This document shows positions 7,901 to 15,707 of a DNA stretch of 32,000 nt, piece by piece. The DNA comes from Methylorubrum extorquens (GTDB taxonomy: Bacteria > Pseudomonadota > Alphaproteobacteria > Rhizobiales > Beijerinckiaceae). The notes under the pieces were generated by a model. The model had not been told where the DNA came from. It did not search any database and saw nothing but the letters and a program-made list of their open reading frames with translations. Where the stretch lies: assembly GCA_900234795.1 (NCBI GenBank), contig LT962688.1, positions 1,710,001 through 1,742,000 on the forward strand, given 5' to 3'. The first letter of the stretch is position 1; each line of letters starts with the position of its first letter. A program made the position numbers and the translations under genes.

Positions 7901-10013
7901 GCTCCTGACCGAGGCGACCTTCCGCCTGCTCTCCGACGTGGCGACCCTGCGCGACAATCAGGCGGCGGCCGGTATCGAGATCCTGCCGGATGAAGGGCGC
8001 GTTCGCATCGCTGCTGTGGCGAAGTTGGAGGCGGAAACCGGCGAGCGCCTGACCTCTCTCGCGGTGACGGTGAACTCGCTCAAGGGGCAGATCGAGCTCT
8101 ACGGATCGGTCCAGGGCAAGGACGTGTCCGGCCTCGTCACCGACATCAACGCCGTCCGTGTTCGCCTCGATGCAGTGGCCGCGACGGTCTCGACGCTGGC
8201 GACCTCGGCGCAGTTCGACGCACTCGGCGCCCGCGTCGGCACCGCCGAGCAGACCATTACCGCACAGGGCGCGGCGATCGAGCAGCGTGCCACGCTCGCG
8301 ACGGTGGACGCACAGGGCGCTCTCCTCACCACGGCGATGACGCGGATTTCAGCCGCCGAGGGCAGCATCCGTAACGTCGTCACCGCCGCCGGCACGAGCG
8401 CCGTCGATCTGCCGCTGATGGTCGGAACGCTGGCGCAGATGCTCGAATACCTCGGCGAGCAAACCGGGGGGCTGTACGAGCACGTCGCTCGCGCCGAGAC
8501 AGCTACCTCCGCCAACTTCGACGAGGCGGGCCGGGCCGTCGCCGAGGTGTCCACGCGCTTGCTCGCTTTCCAGGGCGACACGGCGGCACAGTTCGTCGAT
8601 GTCACGCGGGCGATCGCCGGCAACGGCGAGGCTCTTGTGCAGAGCCAGACGTTGCTTTCGGCGCAGATCGGCAAGGTCGCAGCCGACGTCACGTCGGAGA
8701 TCCAGGTGCGGGCCGCGGCCGACGCGGCGCAGACGACCCGCATCGCCGGGGCGGTGTCACGGATCGGGACCGCGGAGGCGCGGCTCGTTACGGAGGAGCA
8801 GACGCGCGCCAGCGAGACCAGCGCTCTTTCGAGCCGCCTGACCAGCGTCACGAGCCGGGTTGGTTCGTCCGAGGCCGCGATCACCACCCTCGGTCAAGCG
8901 ATCACGGACAACTTCAGCAGCGCCGCCTCGCAGTTTCAGGGCATATCCGTGCGCTTTGATAATGTGGAGGGCAAGGTCGCCTCGTCTGAGGCGAACATCC
9001 AGACCCTGTTCACGTCGTACGCTGCAGGAGATGCCGCCAACGCGCAGGCGATCAACGTCCTGCGAGCGGACGTCAACACGCACGTTGGCAACCTGAACGC
9101 CTTCAACGTCGAGACGCGGCAGGTGATCGTCAACGGCGACAGCGCGCAGGCCACCCGCACCGACCAACTTGTCGCCCAAACCAACGGGGATCGCGCCTAC
9201 TTCCTGTCGGAGAACAGCGCCCGATTCAATCAAACCGAGGGGGTTGCACGTGCGCTGAATGCCCTGGTCGTGCAGACCAACTCGGATCGCGGTTATTTCC
9301 TGAACGAGCAAACCGCACGGATCAATCAGGATGGCGTCTTCGCTGGTCAGATCCAAGACGTCTTCGCCCGCACCGATGCAGGCACGGCCGCGGGCCGGAT
9401 CAAGTTCGAGGCGGTCTCGGCCCCGGCGGGCGTCGCGGTCAGGTTCTCGATCCAGCTTTCGACGGAGCGGAACGGCTTCCACCGCAACTCCGGCCTGTTC
9501 ATGGACATCTTGGGCGATGGTTCGTCCCGAATCCTGTTCGATGCAAACCTGATCGCGTTCACCGCCAACGGAGGCACGACCTACCCGTTCCGCTTTACCG
9601 GTGCGGAAACCTATATCGACACACTTCGACTTGGGCCGGGCAACTTCCTGCCGAACAGTATCTCGCAGTCAAACAGCGGATACGATCCTAATGCGAGTTC
9701 CATCCAGTTCGGCATCACAACGCGCCCTGGATCAGCCGTGGTGATTTTCGCTGAGTTCTATGGCGAGCCGCAATCTGTACGCCCGCTCGGCTCCGAAGGT
9801 GTCTTGCGCATCGCTCGGGACGGCACTCCGCTGCGCGACAAGGGCGTGGCCTACTACGTTACTCCGACCGGCAGTGTCCCGTCACTGCAAACACTTGCAA
9901 CTGAGTCGAAATACACCGACAGGCCCCCGCCCGGAGATCACGTCTATACAATCAGCGTGACGAATGGCCAGCGGGGCCTAGCGTATACTTACCTTGAAAT
10001 CACCGGCTCCTAA
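4908..10013 (+). CDS. tail-tip host-specificity protein, gpI-like N-terminus fused to a gpJ-like body
   Basis: 1701 aa. The N-terminal ~200 aa have the gpI layout (a small domain, then Gly/Ala-rich hydrophobic segments). A J-like core and an FN3-like segment follow. A long Ala-rich coiled-coil-like region and a distinct C-terminal domain complete it. Confidence 0.9.
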   Translation: MMSTSLLAPHKFRHRVSMTLVVTANIAGQTRGEPVRLPDRRRRRLSTIIARHKPPAGRRFIVSVHRKGETFLRPTDGSVRLRARWSRTLVGPDDVVLMTEVPLGRGIASIGLAIASIALIAVAPYAAPALAGVLGGAVSVGAVQAGLVIGGVALGYAAQASAAAKKKTERSLFSVTGGGNVPKPGARKPLLYGRCWSTPPLSQKDFITYDGDTMVLTKRMTLGIGRFQIHAVHVGEAVFWTEGGGIQAPFTSTDGTFGTQIEFLYGQPSAIAPGDVISSPSVGGQEMPRPNGNPEWTPWFRLTPQGVTADAAQMSWTYPAIYRVSSQGRQAPTVAGVIFQAREINPNTGEVIGPEFVLHNSSEGVTALTTTPLRRSAYVRLPKNGAFQVRAQNAWPEAVGFEQKNAASWDEMAAIKDDVRVRPNTTEIVMRVRAGKGLTVTAFSEIWVDATRILSVWNGSAWVEQAERKAVWAFADLVRSQHGLALPNGFDADKAIYYHHLLDANDTFDGALPEVSSFWEAASEVLLPLRADPVKVGPVHSFVRDESRGEPRHILSRRQIVRDSGGATFKTKVEGGDVIVEFDRDGDPRRPDEVRFHYGPATRTPKRYRVNGIRDGLHALKHATWLAAVAVFRGAERRITTEWDGRLVFPGDHVLSDLWYLKGKRTFGVASAAGNMLTLDVTANVPAEWGYGSIRTREGREWGILRMRGVGARGLELRPEDVTALEARVHQTPNGPIRLRLADVLARDTQGPTTIVIGDLVELQETYVARSAVPSDADHVQIEMVADDARVWQLLDEQVIAPAPVNADGLAEPLIPQISVLHARCERIETGIEVVWGVSVTRGARNYEADISYDSGGTWEPLSPYGPASSGRAQMRQSDKPVTVRARAFGRTGLPGDYVDTTFTTVAPIVQGSLVDVSTIPPIPYEKLGQDAQERIVAAQAAADAAQEAADAASQEAASALASAYGRLDDLRRALAADPSVRIGFVDAVMGNVRKDISLLTEATFRLLSDVATLRDNQAAAGIEILPDEGRVRIAAVAKLEAETGERLTSLAVTVNSLKGQIELYGSVQGKDVSGLVTDINAVRVRLDAVAATVSTLATSAQFDALGARVGTAEQTITAQGAAIEQRATLATVDAQGALLTTAMTRISAAEGSIRNVVTAAGTSAVDLPLMVGTLAQMLEYLGEQTGGLYEHVARAETATSANFDEAGRAVAEVSTRLLAFQGDTAAQFVDVTRAIAGNGEALVQSQTLLSAQIGKVAADVTSEIQVRAAADAAQTTRIAGAVSRIGTAEARLVTEEQTRASETSALSSRLTSVTSRVGSSEAAITTLGQAITDNFSSAASQFQGISVRFDNVEGKVASSEANIQTLFTSYAAGDAANAQAINVLRADVNTHVGNLNAFNVETRQVIVNGDSAQATRTDQLVAQTNGDRAYFLSENSARFNQTEGVARALNALVVQTNSDRGYFLNEQTARINQDGVFAGQIQDVFARTDAGTAAGRIKFEAVSAPAGVAVRFSIQLSTERNGFHRNSGLFMDILGDGSSRILFDANLIAFTANGGTTYPFRFTGAETYIDTLRLGPGNFLPNSISQSNSGYDPNASSIQFGITTRPGSAVVIFAEFYGEPQSVRPLGSEGVLRIARDGTPLRDKGVAYYVTPTGSVPSLQTLATESKYTDRPPPGDHVYTISVTNGQRGLAYTYLEITGS
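9171..9329 (+). repeat. in-frame tandem repeat inside the tip protein (period 96 nt)
   Basis: VAQTNGDRAYFLSENSARFNQ (9171-9233) versus VVQTNSDRGYFLNEQTARINQ (9267-9329). Confidence 0.7.
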
Positions 10014-10096
10014 GCCGCCGCGCCATCGAGCGCCTTCCACACGACTCTGCGAACAATTCCGCTTCGCTATCACCTCGCTTCTGAGGACGCTTCCCC

Positions 10097-11359
10097 ATGC
10101 CTCTTTACGGCCCCTCAACCGCGACCGCGACGGTCGCCGCAAACACCAACTCGGTGTCGATCACCGGCATGGATCTGAACGCCGTTGTTCAGCAGGGCAT
10201 GACGATCAACTTCGGCTCTCGCGAGCGGGCTATGGGAGACGCCTGGATCATCAACACGGTGGTCCCGAACGGCACGAACGGCGGCACGATCACCACCGCG
10301 GGCAGCATCCCGACCGCGTACAACAGCGTGCCCTTCCTGATCGACACGCGCGGCTTCAACGGTACCGATTCCAGCTTTGCGGCGGCGGTGAGCCTGAAGC
10401 TGTTGCAGGCGCTCAGCAACCTTATCGGCCCGGCGACGAACCTGTTTGCCGGCGCCCGCCAACTTGTCCTCGACAAGGTGGCGTCAACGGCTCTGAGCCG
10501 CCTTGGCTTCGCGACGGCCGGCCGCACGTGGGCCGATATCGTGCATCGCCCGCACATCTACACGCCGCCGGGTGGCGCGCAGGTCAGCACGGAGGTGTTG
10601 GCGGTTCGGGCGTTTCCTGACGGCGCAACGCCGATCGAGGCGGCTCTTTTCGACCTGTCGGCCGGTACGGTGGATTTCCGGCAAAATGAAATGACGCTGG
10701 CCTCGGCGGCGACCCTCGATCTCGGGCAGGTGCCGGCGGCGCGCGCTATCATCTCCGGCGCGGCAACAATCCAGTCTTTCGGGCCGGGAAAGAACCTCAC
10801 GCGCCTGTTGCGGTTTACGGGCGCTTGCACGCTCGCGCACAACGGAACGACCCTGATCCTACCCACCGCCGCCAATATCGTGACGGCGGCGGGCGACACG
10901 GCGCTTGCGACCTCCGACTCTGCCGGCAACTGGACGGTGCGGCACTATCAGCGGCGGAACGGCTATCCGCTCATCACGCCGCTTGTGTTCTCCGGCAGCG
11001 CGGGCACGACCGGCATTCCCGCTGGCGTGACCCGTTATTTTACCGCCGGCAGTGTGCAGACGACCTGGAGCCTCTGCTACCAGCCGGCGGGGCGCCGAGG
11101 GCGTTTCAGTAAGCTCCGCGTGGCGACGCCCGGCCCGCCGGGTGCCGGCGAAAGCTGGACGATCACGCTGCAAAAGCTGTTTTCCGACACAGTGTTGAGC
11201 TGCACGATTACGGGCACCGGCTCAAATTCTGGGGCCGATCTCGTCAACAGCGTGCCGTTTGAGGCCGACGACCGCTGGTGCCTCAAGATCGTGTCGAGCG
11301 CCGGCGCGGCTCCGACAAACGCTGTTCTGTTCTCCATGGTCTTTGAGGCGATCGATTAG
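10097..11359 (+). CDS. phage tail fibre or receptor-binding-like protein
   Basis: GAGGAC lies 8 nt upstream of the ATG. Sits directly after the J-like gene. Ser/Thr/Gly/Ala-rich, beta-rich-looking 420-aa protein. Confidence 0.7.
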   Translation: MPLYGPSTATATVAANTNSVSITGMDLNAVVQQGMTINFGSRERAMGDAWIINTVVPNGTNGGTITTAGSIPTAYNSVPFLIDTRGFNGTDSSFAAAVSLKLLQALSNLIGPATNLFAGARQLVLDKVASTALSRLGFATAGRTWADIVHRPHIYTPPGGAQVSTEVLAVRAFPDGATPIEAALFDLSAGTVDFRQNEMTLASAATLDLGQVPAARAIISGAATIQSFGPGKNLTRLLRFTGACTLAHNGTTLILPTAANIVTAAGDTALATSDSAGNWTVRHYQRRNGYPLITPLVFSGSAGTTGIPAGVTRYFTAGSVQTTWSLCYQPAGRRGRFSKLRVATPGPPGAGESWTITLQKLFSDTVLSCTITGTGSNSGADLVNSVPFEADDRWCLKIVSSAGAAPTNAVLFSMVFEAID

Positions 11360-11361
11360 CC

Positions 11362-11808
11362 ATGACTTTCATGCAGATACTGGACGATGGCGGCCGGAAG
11401 GTCGCTCACTACACGCTGGAAGACGGCGCGCCGAAGCCCGACCTGCCGGATGGCTGGTCCTTCGAGTTGGCCGACGACACACCCCTGTGGCAGCCGGCAC
11501 CCGACGCGATCTCGGACCGACAGTTCGCGCAAGCGCTCGCGCTCGCCGGCACCATCTCCGAGGCCGAGGCGCTGGCCTGGGCCGCACGCGGCGAGTTGCC
11601 CGAGGCGATGGAAGCCGCACTGGCGAAGATCCCCGAAGCAGGTGGCCGGCGCTTTGGCGCGCGCATGATGCTGGCCGGCGCGACGACCTTCGAGCGTGGC
11701 CACCCGCTCACCGATCAGCTCGGCGGCCTGCTGACCAACCCGGCCACCGGCAAACCCTACGACGCCGCTGCGCTCGATGCGCTTTGGTCCCGCGCTGCCG
11801 CCCTGTGA
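11362..11808 (+). CDS. phage hypothetical protein (fibre-assembly position)
   Basis: ATG lies 2 nt after the upstream stop. High GC3. Confidence 0.65.
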   Translation: MTFMQILDDGGRKVAHYTLEDGAPKPDLPDGWSFELADDTPLWQPAPDAISDRQFAQALALAGTISEAEALAWAARGELPEAMEAALAKIPEAGGRRFGARMMLAGATTFERGHPLTDQLGGLLTNPATGKPYDAAALDALWSRAAAL

Positions 11809-11818
11809 GGAGCCATCC

Positions 11819-12121
11819 ATGCTGACCCTGACCAAGACCGTCACGACGACCGAGACGAAGACCCTGGAGACGGCGGCCGACATCGCCGATCACGTCCACG
11901 CCGAGTTCCTGCGGCGCATGGAGGCCGCACCGTTCAAGTTCGGCGATCGGGTGCGGATCACCCGCCGCGACGGCATCCCGCCCGAGTTCATGACCGGCGA
12001 TGTCGGCACGGTGATGCTGTGCGATCCGGAGTTCCAGCAGCTCACCACGCTGATGGGCGTGAACGCCTCAGGCATGACGATCCAGTTTCCGGTGCAGACG
12101 GCGAACCTCGAACTCGTCTGA
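11819..12121 (+). CDS. phage hypothetical protein
   Basis: GAGGAG lies upstream of the ATG at 11819. Confidence 0.6.
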   Translation: MLTLTKTVTTTETKTLETAADIADHVHAEFLRRMEAAPFKFGDRVRITRRDGIPPEFMTGDVGTVMLCDPEFQQLTTLMGVNASGMTIQFPVQTANLELV

Positions 12122-12130
12122 ACGACATCG

Positions 12131-12528
12131 ACCCGCTCGCCGCGCCACCCGGCCCGAGACTGACATGACGACTAATAGGTGGACTAGGCAGAACGAGCGC
12201 GATCAGAATTTTGTCGTGCTGGCTGGAACGACGACGCAACCTGCCCGGTGCGCCCACCTTTCGTATTGTTAGAAGGCGTTACAGTCTTCTCGCGAGATGA
12301 TCTGTCCAGCGCCAAAGACAGCGCCTCCGCAGCTTCTTCGCTTAATCCAGATACGATCAAGTTTGGCGCAAATACTGTGCAAACGCCATCGTATGCACGC
12401 TCGACGCGGATATCCATCGTGCTGATCCTCGCTGCGCAGGGCGATCGAAGCCGATCGCCTCAAGCGGAGATACTGCCGCGGCCCTAACCACCTAGCCCGC
12501 GCTCTCGCCATCCGAGTTGAGATGGCCC
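12131..12528 (-). other. second inserted cargo cassette antisense to the phage operon
   Basis: Bounded by exact 8-bp direct repeats CGACATCG (12123-12130 and 12529-12536). The core is AT-richer. Confidence 0.5.
12184..12417 (-). CDS. hypothetical 77-aa protein (cargo)
   Basis: GAGGA lies 8 nt upstream of the ATG at 12417. Confidence 0.45.
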   Translation of the reverse strand: MDIRVERAYDGVCTVFAPNLIVSGLSEEAAEALSLALDRSSREKTVTPSNNTKGGRTGQVASSFQPARQNSDRARSA

Positions 12529-12548
12529 CGACATCGGAGAACACAACC

Positions 12549-13247
12549 ATGACCGTTGCTGAAATCCAGCGCGCTCTCTTGGCGCGCGGGTATGACCTCG
12601 GGAAGAGCGGCGCAGACGGCGATGCGGGGCCGCTCACCATCGCCGCTGTGACTGCGTTTCAACGCTCGGCGGGCCTCGTGGCCGACGGCATCGCCGGTCC
12701 GAAGACGCAGGCCGCCCTGCAGAAGGCCGACATCAGCGAGCGGCGAGAGGCGCCCGACAAGCCCGGATGGCTCGTGCTGGCCGAGGCGCTGAACGGTCTG
12801 AAGGAAGCGCCGGGCGTCAAGAACAATCCGGAGGTGGTGAAGCTGTTCGCAGACGCGGGCTTCCCCGGCATCAAGACCGACAGCACCGCGTGGTGTGCAG
12901 CCTTCGTCAACGCCGTGCTGGAGCGCGCCGGGCATCCCGGCTCGCGCAGCCTCGCGGCCCGCTCGTTCGAGTCCTGGGGGGTCGGACTGCCGGCGCCCGC
13001 CCTCGGCGCCATCGCCACGAAGAAGCGCAACGGCTCAGCATGGCAGGGGCACACCGGCCTCGTCGTCGGCGCGAGCAAGGATCAGGTGTTCCTGCTCGGG
13101 GGCAACCAGAGCGACGCGGTCAACGTGGCGGCGTTCAAGCGCTCGGAGATCGTTGCCTATCGCTGGCCGGCCGACGTGCCGCTGCCGGCGCCGCATACGC
13201 TGCCGACGACGATTGCCGGCGCCCGCTCGGGTGTGAGCGAGGCGTAG
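12549..13247 (+). CDS. endolysin: peptidoglycan-binding domain plus TIGR02594-type (CHAP/NlpC-like) hydrolase
   Basis: PG_binding_1-like segment VAEIQRALLARGYDLG...DGIAGPKTQAAL. Hydrolase-like motifs TAWCAAFVN ... GHTGLVVG ... LGGNQSD. Confidence 0.85.
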   Translation: MTVAEIQRALLARGYDLGKSGADGDAGPLTIAAVTAFQRSAGLVADGIAGPKTQAALQKADISERREAPDKPGWLVLAEALNGLKEAPGVKNNPEVVKLFADAGFPGIKTDSTAWCAAFVNAVLERAGHPGSRSLAARSFESWGVGLPAPALGAIATKKRNGSAWQGHTGLVVGASKDQVFLLGGNQSDAVNVAAFKRSEIVAYRWPADVPLPAPHTLPTTIAGARSGVSEA

Positions 13248-13448
13248 AACAGCGGGCCGGCACTGAAGGAGGGGGAGGTACCGACCCGCCGGCCGTCTGC
13301 CGTGAGTATCGGGTGGCGACCACGGCGCAACGACAGCGAACCATGGAACGCGACCTCGGCACGCTCAAGCCGAGTGTGCGGCGTACCCCCACCGAGACCC
13401 GAGCCGGCCGGGCCCGCCGCGCATCCTCCTGAAATCGAGAACCACATC

Positions 13449-14009
13449 ATGACCCGTGTGCTTCTGCTCGCGGCGCTGGCGCTCGCCTGTGTCGCGTCTC
13501 CCGCCTTCGCCGAGGTCGCCACCGTCGGCGACAAGCCCGTGCTGATCCCGTGGGGCGATTGGCTCGTCGCGCTCGCCGTGTCGCTGCGCGAGCCGATCCT
13601 GACGATCCTCCTGCCGATCATCGCGGCCTACATCATCCAGGCCATCCGCAAGGTCTATCCGTGGGCGGCCCTGTTTCTGTCGCAGCGGCGCGTGGAGATG
13701 ATGCTCGAGGCGGCCGTCGGCTTCGGCCTCAACGCGGTCAACGGCGCGGCCAAGGACAAGACGCTCTCGGTCAACGTGGCGGTGCCGGTCATCGCCAAGG
13801 GCACGCAGTACGTCATCGACACCGCCCCGACCGCGGTCATCAAGGCGGCCGGCGGTGCTGATGGCATCGCGGCCCGGATCTTCCGCAAGCTCGACCTAGA
13901 CGACCATGCCAGCGAGGCGGCTGTGCTCGTCCCGGCGCAGGAGCAGATCGCCGCCGGCACGGTGGATGCCGACGAGCTGCGCCGCATGGACGAGATGACC
14001 CGGCGCTGA
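13449..14009 (+). CDS. membrane protein of the lysis cassette (holin candidate)
   Basis: Signal-like MTRVLLLAALALACVASPAFA followed by two hydrophobic helices. Lies downstream of the endolysin. Confidence 0.6.
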   Translation: MTRVLLLAALALACVASPAFAEVATVGDKPVLIPWGDWLVALAVSLREPILTILLPIIAAYIIQAIRKVYPWAALFLSQRRVEMMLEAAVGFGLNAVNGAAKDKTLSVNVAVPVIAKGTQYVIDTAPTAVIKAAGGADGIAARIFRKLDLDDHASEAAVLVPAQEQIAAGTVDADELRRMDEMTRR

Positions 14010-14022
14010 GCAGGAGAAGCGG

Positions 14023-14487
14023 ATGCCCGGGTCGGAACGACTGCCGGAAGAGGAACTGCGGCAGGCGCGGCGCGGGGCGGCGATCGGCGCGGGAGAGATG
14101 CTGCGCAGCAGCGTTCACCCGCCCGAACGCGGCCTCGGCGAGGATGCCGTGCGCCGGGCCATCGGCCTGGATAACGACGATGACGACCGCCGCGTCATGT
14201 CGTTCCCGCCGCACATGCGCAAGCTGTTTCGCTCGATCGACGAGGGTGAGGCCGAGAAGCTGCTCGCCCTGCTGGCGCTGCGCAAGGACACCATCGACTG
14301 GATCGCCGAGAAGAACCCGCGCGAGCTGAAGAACCTCGACGGGGTCGTCGAGTTCGTCAGCTCCTCGCGCACGGCCGCCAAGGTGCTGATGTGGGTCGGG
14401 GGCTTTGCGGTGGCCTTCGTTGGCGGCGTCACGGCGCTCGCCAAGAACGGCATCGACCTGTTCTCGATGGTGCGAGGCGGCCGATGA
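14023..14487 (+). CDS. tail-anchored membrane protein (lysis cassette)
   Basis: GGAG lies upstream of the ATG. C-terminal helix VLMWVGGFAVAFVGGVTALA. Confidence 0.6.
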   Translation: MPGSERLPEEELRQARRGAAIGAGEMLRSSVHPPERGLGEDAVRRAIGLDNDDDDRRVMSFPPHMRKLFRSIDEGEAEKLLALLALRKDTIDWIAEKNPRELKNLDGVVEFVSSSRTAAKVLMWVGGFAVAFVGGVTALAKNGIDLFSMVRGGR

Positions 14488-14942
14488 CGGGGCTTCGTCT
14501 CTTCGGCTACGGCTGCCTCACCATCATCACCGGCGCGATCCTCGCGACCGCCGGAGTACTGGCATGGTTCATCGCCGATCGTGGCCTGCCGGTGGATGTG
14601 AAGGAGACGACCGTGCTGACGCCTGTGGTGCGTCCGGGCGGCAAGCTCGTGATCCGGCAGCGCTTGGACTACCTGCGCAACTGCAGCGCCTACGTCGACC
14701 GGGCCCTATTTGATGCGCACACGCATCGGGTGATCCTGCCGGCGGTTCGGTATGAGCGCCCACCGCAGGGGCTCGGCCCGCGCACGATCACCTTCACGGT
14801 CACGGTGCCCGAGGAGTTTGGGCCGGGCGCCGGTGAGTACCATGCCGCTCCAGAGTACCACTGCAACCCGCTCCAACGGCACTACTGGCCGATCACGCGG
14901 GCGCAGAACGTGGTGCGCTTTCAGATCGAGCGAAAGCCGTGA
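14484..14942 (+). CDS. N-terminally anchored membrane or periplasmic protein (lysis cassette)
   Basis: ATGA overlap with the upstream gene. N-terminal helix CLTIITGAILATAGVLAWFI. Confidence 0.6.
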   Translation: MTGLRLFGYGCLTIITGAILATAGVLAWFIADRGLPVDVKETTVLTPVVRPGGKLVIRQRLDYLRNCSAYVDRALFDAHTHRVILPAVRYERPPQGLGPRTITFTVTVPEEFGPGAGEYHAAPEYHCNPLQRHYWPITRAQNVVRFQIERKP

Positions 14943-15242
14943 GGCCGGTTGGCGCCGAAGAGCGTCCCGCTTGACGGTTTGGCCCCTCATAAGCCGCCGG
15001 TACCCGCGCCGCTGCATCGCCCCGTGCGAGCGCGAAATCCACCTCGACCGCATCGGCGGCTCCGTCGTCGTCGATCGCCGGCCCGCAGTCATTCCACCGG
15101 GTTGCGTGCCGATCTGGCTGTTCGGGAAGTGAGCGTGCTTCCTTTGGACGGAGGACACTCTACTCCGTTTGGGGGATAGATAATGTCTGTCCTAGTCATT
15201 TAAGGTTCTATTTAGCGATTACAATAAAGTTGTGGTGCAACT

Positions 15243-15707
15243 TTGATTAGAAACTCATGTTCGCCTGTCACTTCGGCTGAGCCTGTCGATCTAACGATCA
15301 TGATTGCTTCGACCTATGTACGAAACCATACGTTGGATGCGTCTGATTTGCCTGGCCTTATTCAGGGGACATACTCGGCGCTTGCTGGATTGAGGGCGAA
15401 ACCGGAAGCTCATGCGGCGCCGAAGGTCCAGGGGCCAACGGCTAGACAAGTCCGGCGATCGATTTCGCCCGAGGGATTGATCTCGTTCATCGACGGCGCG
15501 CCGTACATGATGCTGAAGCGGCACCTTCGTCGGCATGGGCTAGATCCCGACAGCTACCGCGCCCGCTATGGCTTGCCGGCAGACTATCCCATGGTAGCGC
15601 CGAGCTACTCGGAGCGCCGGTCGGGAATCGCCCGCTCCTCCGGCCTGCCGCATCGGCGCCGGAAATGGCCGGCGAAGGCCGATGTGGGAACCACATCCGG
15701 AGCCTGA
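15243..15707 (+). CDS. MucR/Ros-family transcriptional regulator lacking the two zinc-binding cysteines
   Basis: The core LKRHLRRHGLDPDSYRARYGLPADYPMVAPSYSERRS aligns with Ros (SLKRHLTTHH...[23 protein letters not shown]). The Cys-x2-Cys positions read S-F-I-D. Start is TTG 15243 or ATG 15300. Confidence 0.8.
   Translation: MIRNSCSPVTSAEPVDLTIMIASTYVRNHTLDASDLPGLIQGTYSALAGLRAKPEAHAAPKVQGPTARQVRRSISPEGLISFIDGAPYMMLKRHLRRHGLDPDSYRARYGLPADYPMVAPSYSERRSGIARSSGLPHRRRKWPAKADVGTTSGA

Larger units (their letters stand above)
1796..14942 (+). mobile_element. prophage remnant: tail-tip, fibre and lysis modules only
   Basis: Co-oriented phage structural and lysis genes. The 5' side is truncated by the IS. 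No head, tube, integrase or repressor genes in the window. Confidence 0.8.

Noticed and set aside
7650-9450. A periodic, GC-rich, repetitive-looking stretch inside the tip protein that might be a CRISPR array or the variable region of a diversity-generating retroelement.
   Set aside because: It is an uninterrupted Ala/Thr/Gln-rich coding region without identical direct repeats or spacers. There is no reverse transcriptase, no template repeat and no cas genes in the window.
14943-15240. ORFs 14706..15158(-), 14752..15132(+) and 14949..15179(+) after the last lysis gene.
   Set aside because: They mutually overlap, their translations are Arg/Pro-rich, and none has an SD. A more protein-like minus frame (..DDDGAADAVEVDFALARGD..) has no start codon after its upstream TAG. 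Treated as non-coding phage-end DNA or decayed sequence.
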